Shown: positions 14,959-27,700 of the stretch, in pieces | Position numbering within the stretch: position 1 is the stretch's first letter | Layout: the number at the start of each line of letters is the position of its first letter | The notes under the pieces: model-generated | The model's database searches: none | What the model was told of the DNA's origin: nothing | Seen by the model: only the letters and a program-made list of their open reading frames with translations | Program-made: the position numbers and the translations under genes | Assembly: GCF_002113885.1 (NCBI RefSeq) | Contig: NW_018405113.1 | Location: forward strand, 3,026-67,025 | Direction of reading: 5' to 3' | DNA from: Mizuhopecten yessoensis | Lineage: Eukaryota | DNA length: 64,000 bases

Positions 14959-15330
14959 TAGAGACGTATATAATATAGACTATATACTAGCTTTACTTTA
15001 TAAATGCATACATGTACGTCTCTGAACTACTCGAACACGAGTGCTATCTGCCTCAGAATCGGTCTATTAATACACACATATATGATTCAGATATGTCTAC
15101 AATCTGTCAATGACAACCGGTAAAATAATTTCCTAATTTGTTTCAATAATAGTAACATATGTAGATAGACCATTTTGTCATCCTTGTACTGCTGCACGTC
15201 AGAGACGTATATATTACATAATACGTCTCTGTGCACGTGGACGATGACAACTTAATGTGTCAACTTCAGCCAGAGCAGAGACGTAGAGACATATAAAGCC
15301 ATAGTATATATATATATATATACGTCTCTG
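14959..15330. mobile_element. Three micro-MITEs with CAGAGACGTA...TACGTCTCTG ends (14959-15024, 15200-15231, 15276-15330)
   Basis: 10-bp TIRs; 7-bp TSD tgcacgt around the second copy and cttcagc/cttcagg around the third. Confidence 0.75.
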
Positions 15331-15466
15331 CTTCAGGCTCAGACTGCTTTCATGATAAACTTTCATTGTTTCAGAGGTACTGTTTACATAATTTACAACC
15401 TAGCACATACACCAAGTAAAAATATTCCATAACTGTACCAACACGACCGTAAATTTAGTATTGTAA

Positions 15467-15518
15467 TTTCCCGCCACAGTAAATCTTATCACGTGATTGA
15501 TCTTGTGACAGTCATGTG
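15467..15518 (+). promoter_or_regulatory. Proximal promoter motifs: E2F-like TTTCCCGCC, CLEAR-like E-box ATCACGTGAT, M-box GTCATGTG
   Basis: Motifs at 15467-15475, 15488-15497 and 15511-15518, 30-85 bp before the ATG of a lysosomal-pathway gene. Confidence 0.5.
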
Positions 15519-15549
15519 TTCATGCGCAAAACTTCCTCTGCACACCATC

Positions 15550-15710
15550 ATGGCGGCGGCCATATCAAGGAAGAAAACAAATGCCATGTTTTGTTTACGT
15601 TACGTATTTTCAATTAGTTTCTTGCTGGCAATAAGTCTGCATGGGGGATATTGTGATCAAACACCACAAGACTGTGTTTTTGGTGGCTCAGACTTCTCTT
15701 TGATCAAGCA
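15550..15710 (+). CDS. IGF2R: CI-MPR exon 1 (signal peptide, start of domain 1)
   Basis: atcATGG start, MAAAISRKKTNAMFCLRYVFSISFLLAISLHGGYC; donor gtaagt, phase 2. Confidence 0.88.
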
Positions 15711-18700
15711 GTAAGTAATTTCTATCTTTGTGACGGTCTTCCAATTGATCTCAGTTAATCAGCTGACACTGGTTATATCAGAATCGTTTATACTACTATA
15801 TGGCTTTATATGTCTCTGGTAATATGTACAACCATGACCACTGGCATGATGTTGTAGACATCTTGCTTAAAGTTACACTGAACACATGTAAGCTTCTGTA
15901 TTACGTGACATTTAAAAGGCCTGTTTCTATGATACAATCACAAGGGTATGCAATAACAAGAAATGCAGCAAAGCTGTTGGACACCAAATAATTTTTGACT
16001 TACTGACAGTCCAACAACCAGGATCGAGGTTACGGATCATGCATACTTGAATTTGTTGAATTATAATTACAAATAATGAATATAAATTGTTAATGGCAAT
16101 AGTTTTGTCGTTCAGAATATTCTGTTCACGCTCGAATTCAGGTCGTTTCGGTACTTCTGAAAGTCGTTTCGGTACTTATGTAAAAAACATTTTGGTACCA
16201 AGTTATGGTCAACGTCACCATTATTTCAATAATTTCTAAGTATAGCGGGACATATATATAACATGTATATATAATGTATTAAGAATAATTAATTAAGAAT
16301 AATAATAAGAAGGAAACACATCACAATAACAATAGGTATTTCCATCCAAAATGGAACGCTGTCACACTGAATACGCGTACCAGCCGAAGACATGATGACA
16401 AGTTGGTGAATTCCCTCAATGTTGAGTTTCTCCTAAAGAGCTTACTCCGATCTACTCAGCTGCTCAGTTAAACTACGAAAGCAAACGTTATATAAACAAC
16501 CAACTATAAATAACAAATGAGAAATATTTATTAACTAATAAAGGAAGTACCGAAACAAATTAAATACAGGTACCGAAACGACTTACAAAGAGTACCGAAA
16601 CATCTTCTTTTTGAAGTACCAAAACTACAGGGTACCGAAACGACTGTACCCCTTCACGCTCAATGTCCAAACATTTTGCACTATTTTCACTCAATAATTG
16701 TCCCACTGCTCGCAAATGTACATTTGTTATTGCATTTTTAAATGTAAACGATTTGGTTATGACGTCATCTTCTGAGAAAGAGAAGGGACATAACATGATT
16801 TACATAAAATAACATTTACACCTCTTTTTTTACAAATATTTCTTTTAACAATGTATCTTTGGATAAGATATCAACCGTCGTCTTGATTAAAGTGTCATGT
16901 GTAGCCCCCCTTTGAATAATAGTTATTACTTCTCGAGACTGCTACGAAGACAGATTTTGTCACCAATGCCGAACGTTATTTTGTTGGTAATCGCATAATA
17001 GTTTTATACAATTGAAATAAATATGTTGTATTGAACGGGAAAAACTATGAAATTTTCTTTTTCTAACATTTTTTTCACTTCACCCAATGCAAATATTGCT
17101 ACATCAGAAAAGCGCGGGAATGTGTAGCATATTTTTTGACGCCAAGTTTTAATGACATCACGCTTGACAACAATAAAGAGCGCCATTGCATCTATTATCT
17201 GGTAAGATTTCCAGACAAAAATGATATTAATTGTGTTGTTTTGTAAAAACAATAATGTATGCTGCAAATGGTGTCAGGTCGTTTCGGTAACAAGACGAAA
17301 GTCGTTTCGGGACTTTTTTGGGTCGTTTCGAGACATGTCAAAAGTCGATTAGGATTTTTTTCTGTAGATACCATTGTCTTTTTTCTTTAAACATATTTTA
17401 ATGTCAACTAAATTCCAAAATAAAATGCTTCAAACATTGTTAGAATCAATGTTAACTCATTCATCTCTTAATGTCAATAATGGAGGAAATAGTGAATTGA
17501 AAACATATTATTACGATATCAAACAAGGAATCAACCTATCAAAAACGAAAGAAATTGAATGTCGAATTTCATAAGTTCCTCTAGATCTGTACTTGATAAT
17601 GAAATCAGTTTCACCAGGTAACAACACACTGTCAATCGGGTAAATGTTGGTAGGTATCCCCTCAAGCACTAGCATTCTGTTAACACTAATGATCCCAAGC
17701 ACGGGTAAGTCGTGACACAGGTCATAGACTAAAACCATACTTTTATGTGTATCTACAAGACTTTTTATGAACACGGAGCAAAATGTAATTTATAAGTGAA
17801 CATTTTTATGTCCCAAAACGACTTGATTAAGTCCCGAAACCTTTTGTGTCATGTCCAGAAACGACTTTTGGACTCCCGAAACGACTTGTTACCGAAACGA
17901 CCTGTTACCGAAACAACTAGCATTCCTGCAAATCAGACTTCACTAAACTTGAAACTTAAAATCTAAGCAGAGAATAGAATGTATATTACTGATGAGATTG
18001 GACAATACTTAGAGTGACTTCTTCACATGTGAAGATATAATATTTCGTATTTTTTCACTGTATTTGAGATTTGTTTTTATGAAATTGTGAATTCATGATA
18101 TTTCACTAGTAAATGTAACAAATACGGATACCGTAAGGTTAACTATCATATTTTTGTAGACAGTATGCGGCCTCAATTTTCCAGAAGCTTGAGGCTTTCA
18201 TGCATGACGAAGCACCGGAGGTGGACAAAGTGTTTACAGATCAAACCCCGGCAGCGCTTTACGCCGCTTGGGGGTTTGAAAAAAAAAAATGGTTTTATTA
18301 TAACAACATCACATTTAAAATTACACTGTATTATATTATTACAGGTTTAATCCCTGGCCAATGTTATCCGAGGATGGGAACACAACCTATCAGATCAGTC
18401 TTTGTGAGGCAATCAAACCGCATCAAGGTGGAGATTGTCACGACCAGACTTCTATCTGTAGGACAGTCAAGGGGGAATCGCCAAAGTCTTCGGGCAACTT
18501 TACACACATGGCAGCTGCTGATAACACTCAAGTCTCTGAACAAACACTTGTCTTTCAAGGGGATGCATGTCCTGATGTAGTCGATGGCCATTATGTTACA
18601 ATGATCACCTTCCAGTGCAGTTTAAATGTGGTAAGATACTCCTTTTTGTTATAATTGTAAATGTATAATAACAATTTACTATTTTTTGTAACTTTTATAT

Positions 18701-21700
18701 CATAAGTATCAATCATGCATTGGCACTACTAGAGAGGACTTCTGGTATATATGTAGCTTTGCAATTCTGCCCAATGCCCGGGACAGGCAGTTTTATCGCT
18801 CAGGCAAGTGCAAAAATTTTGAGGCTCTAATATGCATCTTATGCTTGTACAAAGTACCTGCTAAGGAAATTCCCTTTGTTTACTTGTTTACTGTATGAAT
18901 TTTACCAGCTAAGAAAATAAGTAGCCTGTAGCATTAACAGTTTGCAAACCTGACAATTTATAAAAAAAAAGAAAAAAAAGATGAACTCTTCAATGAATGT
19001 TATGAAACATAATCTACACACTATTTCAGGGCCTAGGTTCACCTGAATTCCTGGTGTACTCGCTGTGTACAACGTATGTGCTGTGGCGCACAAATGTGGT
19101 TTGTAACGACACCGAGCGGGCTGTGAAGGAGGTCCCTTGTTATGTGTATGACCATCTCAACCAGAAACACAACCTTGCACCGCTCACAAAGAAAGACGGT
19201 GGCTACCTGGTGTCGTCCGAGGCAGGCTGGAACTTTTATATCAATGTGTGTAAAGACATTAAAGGAATTACAGAAATTCCTGGCGGAGACCCAGGTAAGA
19301 GGTCAAACTGTAGTTCAAAGTTCACTTGGTGGCTTGGAGGAGAGTTGAGAGGTTTTTTTATTCCCCTTCTTATAAATACGTATGTATATATATATGTGCT
19401 TCTGTCAAGCTTGGTAGATATGAGGTAAACTTGATAGTTGAGATGTTTTATAAGCACTGTAATTATATAACTAGTCACCTTGTCTGATGGGCTGTTAGCT
19501 ATATAGTCAGGCATAACTTAACATTGGTAATACATCATGCTGAATCTTTTTATCCCCCTTCTTATCAATACGTACATTTTTTTGTATGTATATATATGTT
19601 GCTTGAGTTTTGCTTCTGTCAAGCTAGGATTAAATATCTTTAATGGAATTCATGTTCTTTGAATATACTTAATAAAACATGGATAACTTGCAAGTTGAAT
19701 ACATATCATTGATTATGTGACTGTTAAAGTTCTCGTTCTTCACCTACTCACCATCATTGATTCAAAATTTTATTTAAATAACTTATCCATTAGATGCTGC
19801 ATTTTGTTATTTTACCTGCAGATGAAAAGACAAAGATGTGCCCACCAGGGGCTGGTGCCTGTCAGATCAATACACGTGGTTCAGGAACAGCATTAGGGAT
19901 GGGAGACCCTAAAGACAAGCTTCAGGTTGCCACTGGAGAAAACAAATTCCTGTTACGCTACACTACTGATGAGACTGTTAATGGCTGTACTGCGAAACCT
20001 TCCACCAGTATAGAGTTCCGGTGTCCCAGTGTGGGTGGGGTACGACATACTTTTTTCTAAAAGAATGTTTTGGACTCCCTAAAATGAGCTTTAACATTCT
20101 GGGTTTGAAAGAACAGGTCTATTTGTCAATTGTGTTTTCACCCTCCGATTTTCAAGGAAAATGCTTTTTGACTTCTGAAATTGCTAAATGTCAATGGTTA
20201 CCAGAAAGCTCTGATTTATAACAATATATGTTTCTATACTACAGAGATGGTCAACTATCCTAGCATTAGAGGGTACAGAATGCTTTGTTTTAAAAGATAT
20301 TTATCAGACCAAATACTGTATATTGGGATTTTTTTTTGCTGCAGTTTGACTTTTGCTTTTCCTCTGCAATCATGATAGCAAATATTAGTTACATAAGATA
20401 CCATATCTATATTGTGAAGGGCGTGTATTTGCCTGTGTCAAAGTTACCTGGTATACAGTAAATATTTAAAAGTTTTTTAATTTGTTCTTGATCAAAGGTA
20501 ACTATATGCTCATACTGTTTAAAAAGTATTGGTGTTTGTATTTCAAAACTACTGTCAGTATTATTTGTGTTTTGCAAAATGTGAAACATTTTTGACGATT
20601 CTTTTGTAATTCATCAGAAAATAGTATGTTCAGTTTGTCTGATTTCCATTAGTGCTTCATATATTATTGACTTTTAAATGAATTTAAATTCCTTGTCTTC
20701 CAGGGGAAAGATCCTGTCATGGTGGCTGATTTCAACTGTCAGTTCCGCATCGTGTGGGAAACGGAACATGCTTGTGCGGAAGTTGACATCACAAACAAAA
20801 CTTGTCGTCTTGTCAAGGAATCTGAAAACATTGACATAGATCTTTCACCTCTCAGGGTTTACCGTGGCAAGTATACAAAACAGTGTCACCATATTTTGGG
20901 AATTGAAAAATTAAGTCCATCTAAATTACATGCAGTACCATATTTTCTATGATAAAGATGCATGCAGTGATAATGTGAAATAGGTTTCCTTTTCAAAAGT
21001 TTTCACATTAAGAAACAAAGAAAATTAATTGGTATTTGGGCTTGGTTGGGGAATTAAGTTAAATAATAACATTTTGTTAATTAAAGTTGAAGTGATTTAC
21101 TGACACTTAAACAAATTTAGGAAAGATAACTCAGACACAAAGTCACATTGTGTATCAAGTTGCATATACTTTAAGTATTATATGTAAGTTAATATTTTAA
21201 TTTGTTCTTTCTGTACATTTGAGTGAGTTACCATAATAAGATTTGGTTATTTGACTATGCCACAATTCTATCAACACACACATCATTTTGGCTAAGTGGC
21301 TTTATTAAGTAAGATATATAGACAGGTGTATAGTTTGTGACTGAAAGGAAGAGACTCAAAGGCAAGTTTGAGTCGTGTTAATTATGAATACATTACTTCT
21401 AGGGAGTTCTGATTTTCAGTATTTTATAGAGATGTACAGTAGCTACTAACTTTACATTGCTTTTTGGGGGAGACAGAAAGGCCAGAGTGGCTACATTTAT
21501 ATATGGACATAGCCATTATACATTCGATAAACTTCATTTTTTTTCCTTCTGATTTTAATTGACGGTTATTTGAAACCCCATGTTTGTGAGATTTTTTTTT
21601 TCTGAAATTGAACATAATTTTATTAGAGATACATGTGTTGATAACAGTCTTATTTCCAAAGGAACACCATATCACAATTTGATTGAACAGTTCCATGTTT

Positions 21701-24700
21701 ATCACACATCTTTATGTGTTCCTGTCTGGTTACATGTACTAAAAATTTTTTTTTTTAAATTAACTAAACACAATTGCAAAAAACACCTACATGTTATAAT
21801 GATCTTAGAATTAATGAGTTTTAATTGTCTCTAATTTGTGGCATTGTTTGCCATCATTGATAGCAGACCGTAAATACCAGGTAACAGTGCCCCCTAGCAC
21901 TAAAGGTGGCGACTACTACATATACTACCTCAACGTATGTGGGGAGCTGGGAATCCAGTGTCCGGACATGAACCACGTCCAAAACGTGGCAGCGTGTCAG
22001 ACCAAGTCTGGTGACTCGGATTACGGCCGTGTCATTGGGTCAGTTGGCAATGGTGACCAGAGACTAAGGTAATTTTACTTCTGTGCAGGTGAAAAATTCA
22101 CAATTATTTGTTAATTCAAGACAATGTAAATTCAGTTCATTAAGGGGACTGCCGTATGTAAATTCATCTAAGTCAGGATTGGTTTGGTTGGTAATTTGGG
22201 TTGGTTGTCCTCGCTACAGCTAATATGAAAATAATATTCACAGAGGATAGGGCAACTTAACTCATTCACCCCTGAAATTTCATAATGAACTATTCCAACA
22301 TTTGAATTGGAAGAGTTCAAATGTGTCTTCAGGGATTGATGAGTTAACATACCTTCTCGCTGAAATGTTGTATCCTCGACACAGTAGCATGACACTCCAC
22401 CTGGTCATTTAACCCTTTCACCCATGCAGACCATTATGGACTTCTCCAGATCAATGCACAGAAGAGTCTACTAAAGTTACACAGGGGTGAAAGGGTTAAA
22501 GCTGAACATCAAAGAGCAATAAGTAGTAATGTTATGGACTTTGGTTTTTCTGTGTCAGGGGACAGAATCTATCACCTTCGTCACCCAGGCAAACACTCAA
22601 TACTAAGGCTGAAATTAAAAGAAGAGAGAAAATACAAATAAACTCAAATGGGTACAGCAGATTTATTCTGGTCACTTTCATGTCCCCAAGTAGATGGCAC
22701 AAGAGAAAATTCCCAATTCCTCAATCGGTAATCTCTTATGAATCATACAGTGGGTAACAGCATGTATATTTTCTTCTAAATCCCGGAATTGCAGATTGAT
22801 TTAGGGGACTGTGATATGTAAATTCAGTAACTTTGTATTTAGGTGTACTCATGTTTGTACCCAACTTTGTATTGAAGTATACATGTGTTTTACCTAACTT
22901 TGTATTTTAGGTACGCTGATGGAGATCTTACCTTGACCTACCGAGGAGGCGATATTTGCCACAAGAACAATCCACGAACAACTATTATCAACTTTAAATG
23001 TGACCCCAATACAGGTAATTTGATTGACACATATCCTTCAGTCAGCTGAATCTGCAGAAAAAGATTCGTTACTATGTATCAATGAATTATTAAGATGTAT
23101 ATAAACAGTTGTTCACTTGATTTTTGATAAGTTAATTTTCTGGATCATTTTCGGAATAAGATATTTGAGAGGATTCAATGAGCCAAAATACAACTATACC
23201 CTTATTGATTTTGTATGTGTCTGAAGAGATATCTGCAAGGTACTTGGACTTACAATTTACTCTTCATCACTTTGCTTGGAAATATTGATTGAATGACTAG
23301 TATATTAACTTCATAAATGTGTACCCACCTAACACTGGTTGAGATTGTCATGAAATACAGGAAGTGTTGTGTTGCCTCTTATAGTTGTAGTGTTATCATG
23401 TTGTGGATATGTTGATAACCTAGTTAGCTGTTTTGTTATCTGGTTGTAGATATTGTATTATCCTGTTGTAATTGCTATGTTAATTACCTGTTGTAGATAT
23501 TGTGTTCCTCTATTCTAGCAGTGATGTTATCCTGTTGTAAATGCTGAGTTGTCCTGTTGTAAATGAAGTGTTACCCTGTTTTAGCTAATGTGTGTAAAGC
23601 TGTTGTTGATGTAGTGTTACATTGTTTTAGCTAATGTGTGTAAAGCTGTTGTTGATGTAGTGTTACCCTGTTGTAGATGTTATGTTACCCTGTTGTAGAT
23701 GTTGTGTTACCCTGCTGTAGATGTTTTGTTACCCTGGTTAGATATTGAGTTACCCTGCTGTAGATGTTATTTTACCCTGTGTTTGTTAAGGCCATGAACT
23801 TGAGGAATTGTTGTTACCCTGTTGTAGATGCTGTGTTGCCCTGCTGTAGATGTTATGTTACCCTAATGTAGATGTTATGTTACCCTTCTGTAGATGTTGT
23901 GTTACCCTGGTTAGATATTGAGTTACCCTGCTGTAGATGTTATTTTACCCTGTGTTTGTTAAGGTCATGACCTTGAGTAAATGTTGTGTTACCCTGTTGT
24001 AGCTGTTAACATGGGTAAAGGTTACCCAACATTTGTGAAGGAGGTCAACGACAGCTGTATCTACATGTTTGATTGGGCTACCAAGTACGCATGTTCGGGT
24101 CATCCAGCTAATGAAGAGTGTCGAGTTGACTACAATGGCAAACGCTACGACCTTTCACCCCTTACACGACGCCATGGACACGGTGATACACCAAATTTTG
24201 TTTCTGTTTTTATATATGATACATGTTAACTTGTTGGATGAAAAAAATATTATCTGCTGGGAATAGTCAGGAACAGATCATTGTGAGATAACGTTAATAA
24301 CCAGAATGATCAAGTGCTCAGTGTACCACTTAGTAATCAGGAATACTGTGTAGAGCAGACTTTATTTTATCACTTTCACTTTCTATAATTATAGTTTCTT
24401 ATGTTATTTAGCTGTTCAATGAATTTAAAGTTAATATATTTTCTGGATAAAAAAAGATGGTCTGGATCCTTTGGTGATTGAATTTGACAGTTTTCACTAT
24501 TTACTTTTACCTTGGCAGTGAAATCCACTGTGCCTGCAGGAATCGATGTTTTTAATATTGATTGTTTAGAATGAAAAAGTTAAGACAATTCGAACATTGG
24601 AGACACATTGTAAGCTAGGGAAATATGAAACGTGTTTTTATTTGGCTTTATTGAATTGTTGAATTTGACACAGAAACTGATTGGGAGGTGTTACACAGTG

Positions 24701-27700
24701 ACGGGACAGACGCTGGGAAACAATTCTACCTTAATGTGTGTAACGACTTACTGAACACAGGCGGTGCTGCTAGCTGTCACCCGGACGCTTCCGTCTGTCT
24801 TATAGGTCTGTAGTTTAAAGATACAGACATTAACAAATCCATATAAATGAACGTTATGCAGATAAGATATTTGAATATGCAGTAAAAGATTAGATTGAAA
24901 CTTGGTGTTTGTAATAACTAGTGGGAAAGTAAAAACTTGTGAAGCTTGTCATTTCTAACTGTAAAGAGTACGGACATTTTTGTGATGGTGTACTGCAGCA
25001 TTCATTTCCACAATGTTAACATTTCCATACTGTGAACATTCACCTTGAACATATTCTACATTGTTAATATTTCTGTACTGTGAACATTTCCACCATGTGA
25101 ACATTTTTACACTGAAAAAGAATTAAACCCTAAAATTTATTTGCATGTAGATCATAATGGCCCCCATAATCTGGGTTCATTCATCGAGAATCCTGTATTC
25201 TCCAAGGAGACAAATGCCCTACAAATCACCTACGGTAACGGGGAACCATGTGGGGACAAGAAACGCACACGCTCCATTATAGACTTCATCTGTAAGCCAG
25301 GAGACCTGGAGAGTGGCCCTGTTCTCATGGATACCTCTCTTGACAGCTGTCTGTACAGGTTTGAGTGGCATACCTCCGCTGCATGTGTACTGGGACATTG
25401 GAGGGGAGACAACTGTCATGTATTTGACAAGGAAGCAGGTATTTTTACCCTCATTCAAAATTATGTCATTTTCATTCTGAAAAAGAAGCCGTGCAACTTT
25501 TAAAAAATAAATATAATTTAGGATCAATCCAGTAACCTGTCTATGAAGATTGCTTTTTTGTGCTGTTTTTCCTCAGAGTATGTACAATGTTCACTTACTT
25601 TGTTCACTGAAACAAGAAACTCAATGGATATACATGGTTGTTTTTTATTATGTAGGATTCAACTTTGACCTTTCACCTCTGACCTTGAAGGAAGGATCAT
25701 ATTCTGTCACGGATACAAACAAGACTTATGAATATCATATCAATGTGTGTGATGCTGTCCATAACACTTCGTGTGACACAAGTAAAAGTACTCCTCCGAA
25801 TGCCGGAGTTTGTCAGACAAAGAGGTAAGTTATATTTATAATGGGACACCTNAGAGTGTATTAAACAAAGAGGTAGGTCATGTGACACCTTCTGAAGCTA
25901 GAGTGTATCAGACTTAGAGGTAGGTAATGTGACACCTTCTGAAGCTAGAGTTTGTCAGACAAAGAGGTAGGTAATGTGACACCTTCTGAAGCTAGAGTGT
26001 GTCAGACAAAGAGGTTAGTCATGTGACACCTTCTGAAGCTAGAGTGTATCAGACTAAGAGGTTAGTCATGTGACACCTTCTGAAGCTAGAGTGTATCAGA
26101 CAAAGAGGTAAGTCATGGGACACCTTCTGAAGCTAGAGTGTGTCAGACAAAGAGGTAGTTAATGTGACACCTTTTGAAGCTAGAGTGTATTAAACAAAGA
26201 GGTAAGTCATTTGACACTTTTTGAAGCTAGAGTGTATTGAAAAAAGAGGTAAGTCATGTGACACTTTTTGAAGCTAGAGTGTATTAAACAAAGAGGTAAG
26301 TCATTTGACACTTTTTGAAGCTGGAGTGTATTGAAAAAAGAGGTAAGTCATGTGACACTTTTTGAAGCTAGAGTGTATTAGACAAAGAGGTAAGTCAAGT
26401 GACACCTTCTGAAGCTAGAGTGTATTAAACAAAGAGGTAGGTCATGTGACACCTTCTGAAGCTAGAGGGTATCAGACAAAGGGTTAGTCATGTGACACCT
26501 TCTGAAGCTAGAGTTTGTTGGACAAAGAGGAAAGTCATGTGACACCTTCTGAAGCTAGAGTGTAGTAAACAAAGAGGTAAGTCATGTGACACCTTCTGAA
26601 GCTAGAGTGTATCAGACTAAGAGGTTAGTCATGTGACACCTTCTGAAGCTAGAGTTTGTCAGACAAAGAGGTAGGTCATGTGACACCTTCTGAAGCTAGA
26701 GGGTATCAGACAAAGGGTTAGTCATGTGACACCTTCTGAAGCTAGAGTTTGTTGGACAAAGAGGCAAGTCATGTGACACCTTCTGAAGCTAGAGTGTATC
26801 AAACAAAGAGGAAAGTCATGTGAAACCTTCTGAAACTAGAGTGTAGTAAACAAAGAGGTAAGTCATGTGACAGTCACCTTCTGAAGCTAGAGTGTATTAA
26901 ACAAAGAGGTAGGTCATGTGACACCTTCTGAAGCTAGAGTGTATCAGACTAAGAGGTTAGTCATGTGACACCTTCTGAAGCTAGAGTTTGTTGGACAAAG
27001 AGGAAAGTCATGTGACACCTTCTGAAGCTAGAGTGTAGTAAACAAAGAGGTAAGTCATGTGACAGTCACCTTCTGAAGCTAGAGTGTATTAAACAAAGAG
27101 GTAATTCATGTTACACCTTCTGAAGCTAGAGTGTATTAAACAAAGAGGTAATTCATGTTACACCTTCTGAAGCTAGAGTGTATTAAACAAAGAGGTAGGT
27201 CATGTGACACCTTCTGAAGCTAGAGGGTATCAGACAAAGGGTTAGTCATGTGACACCTTCTGAAGCTAGAGTGTATTAAACAAAGAGGTAATTCATGTTA
27301 CACCTTCTGAAGCTAGAGTGTATTAAACAAAGAGGTAATTCATGTTACACCTTCTGAAGCTAGAGTGTATTAAACAAAGAGGTAGGTCATGTGACACCTT
27401 CTGAAGCTAGAGTGTATCAAACAAAGAGGTAAGTCATGTGACACCTTCTGAAGCTAGATTGTATTAAACAAAGAGGTAAGTCGTGTTACACCTTCTGAAG
27501 CTAGAGTTTGTCAGACACAAGGGTAAGTTATATTTATAATGGGACACCTTCTGAAGCTAGAGTTTGTCAGACAAAGAGGTAGGTCATGTGACACCTTCTG
27601 AAGCTAGAGGGTATCAGACAAAGGGTTAGTCATGTGACACCTTCTGAAGCTAGAGTGTATTAAACAAAGAGGTAGGTCATGTGACACCTCCAATTGTTGG

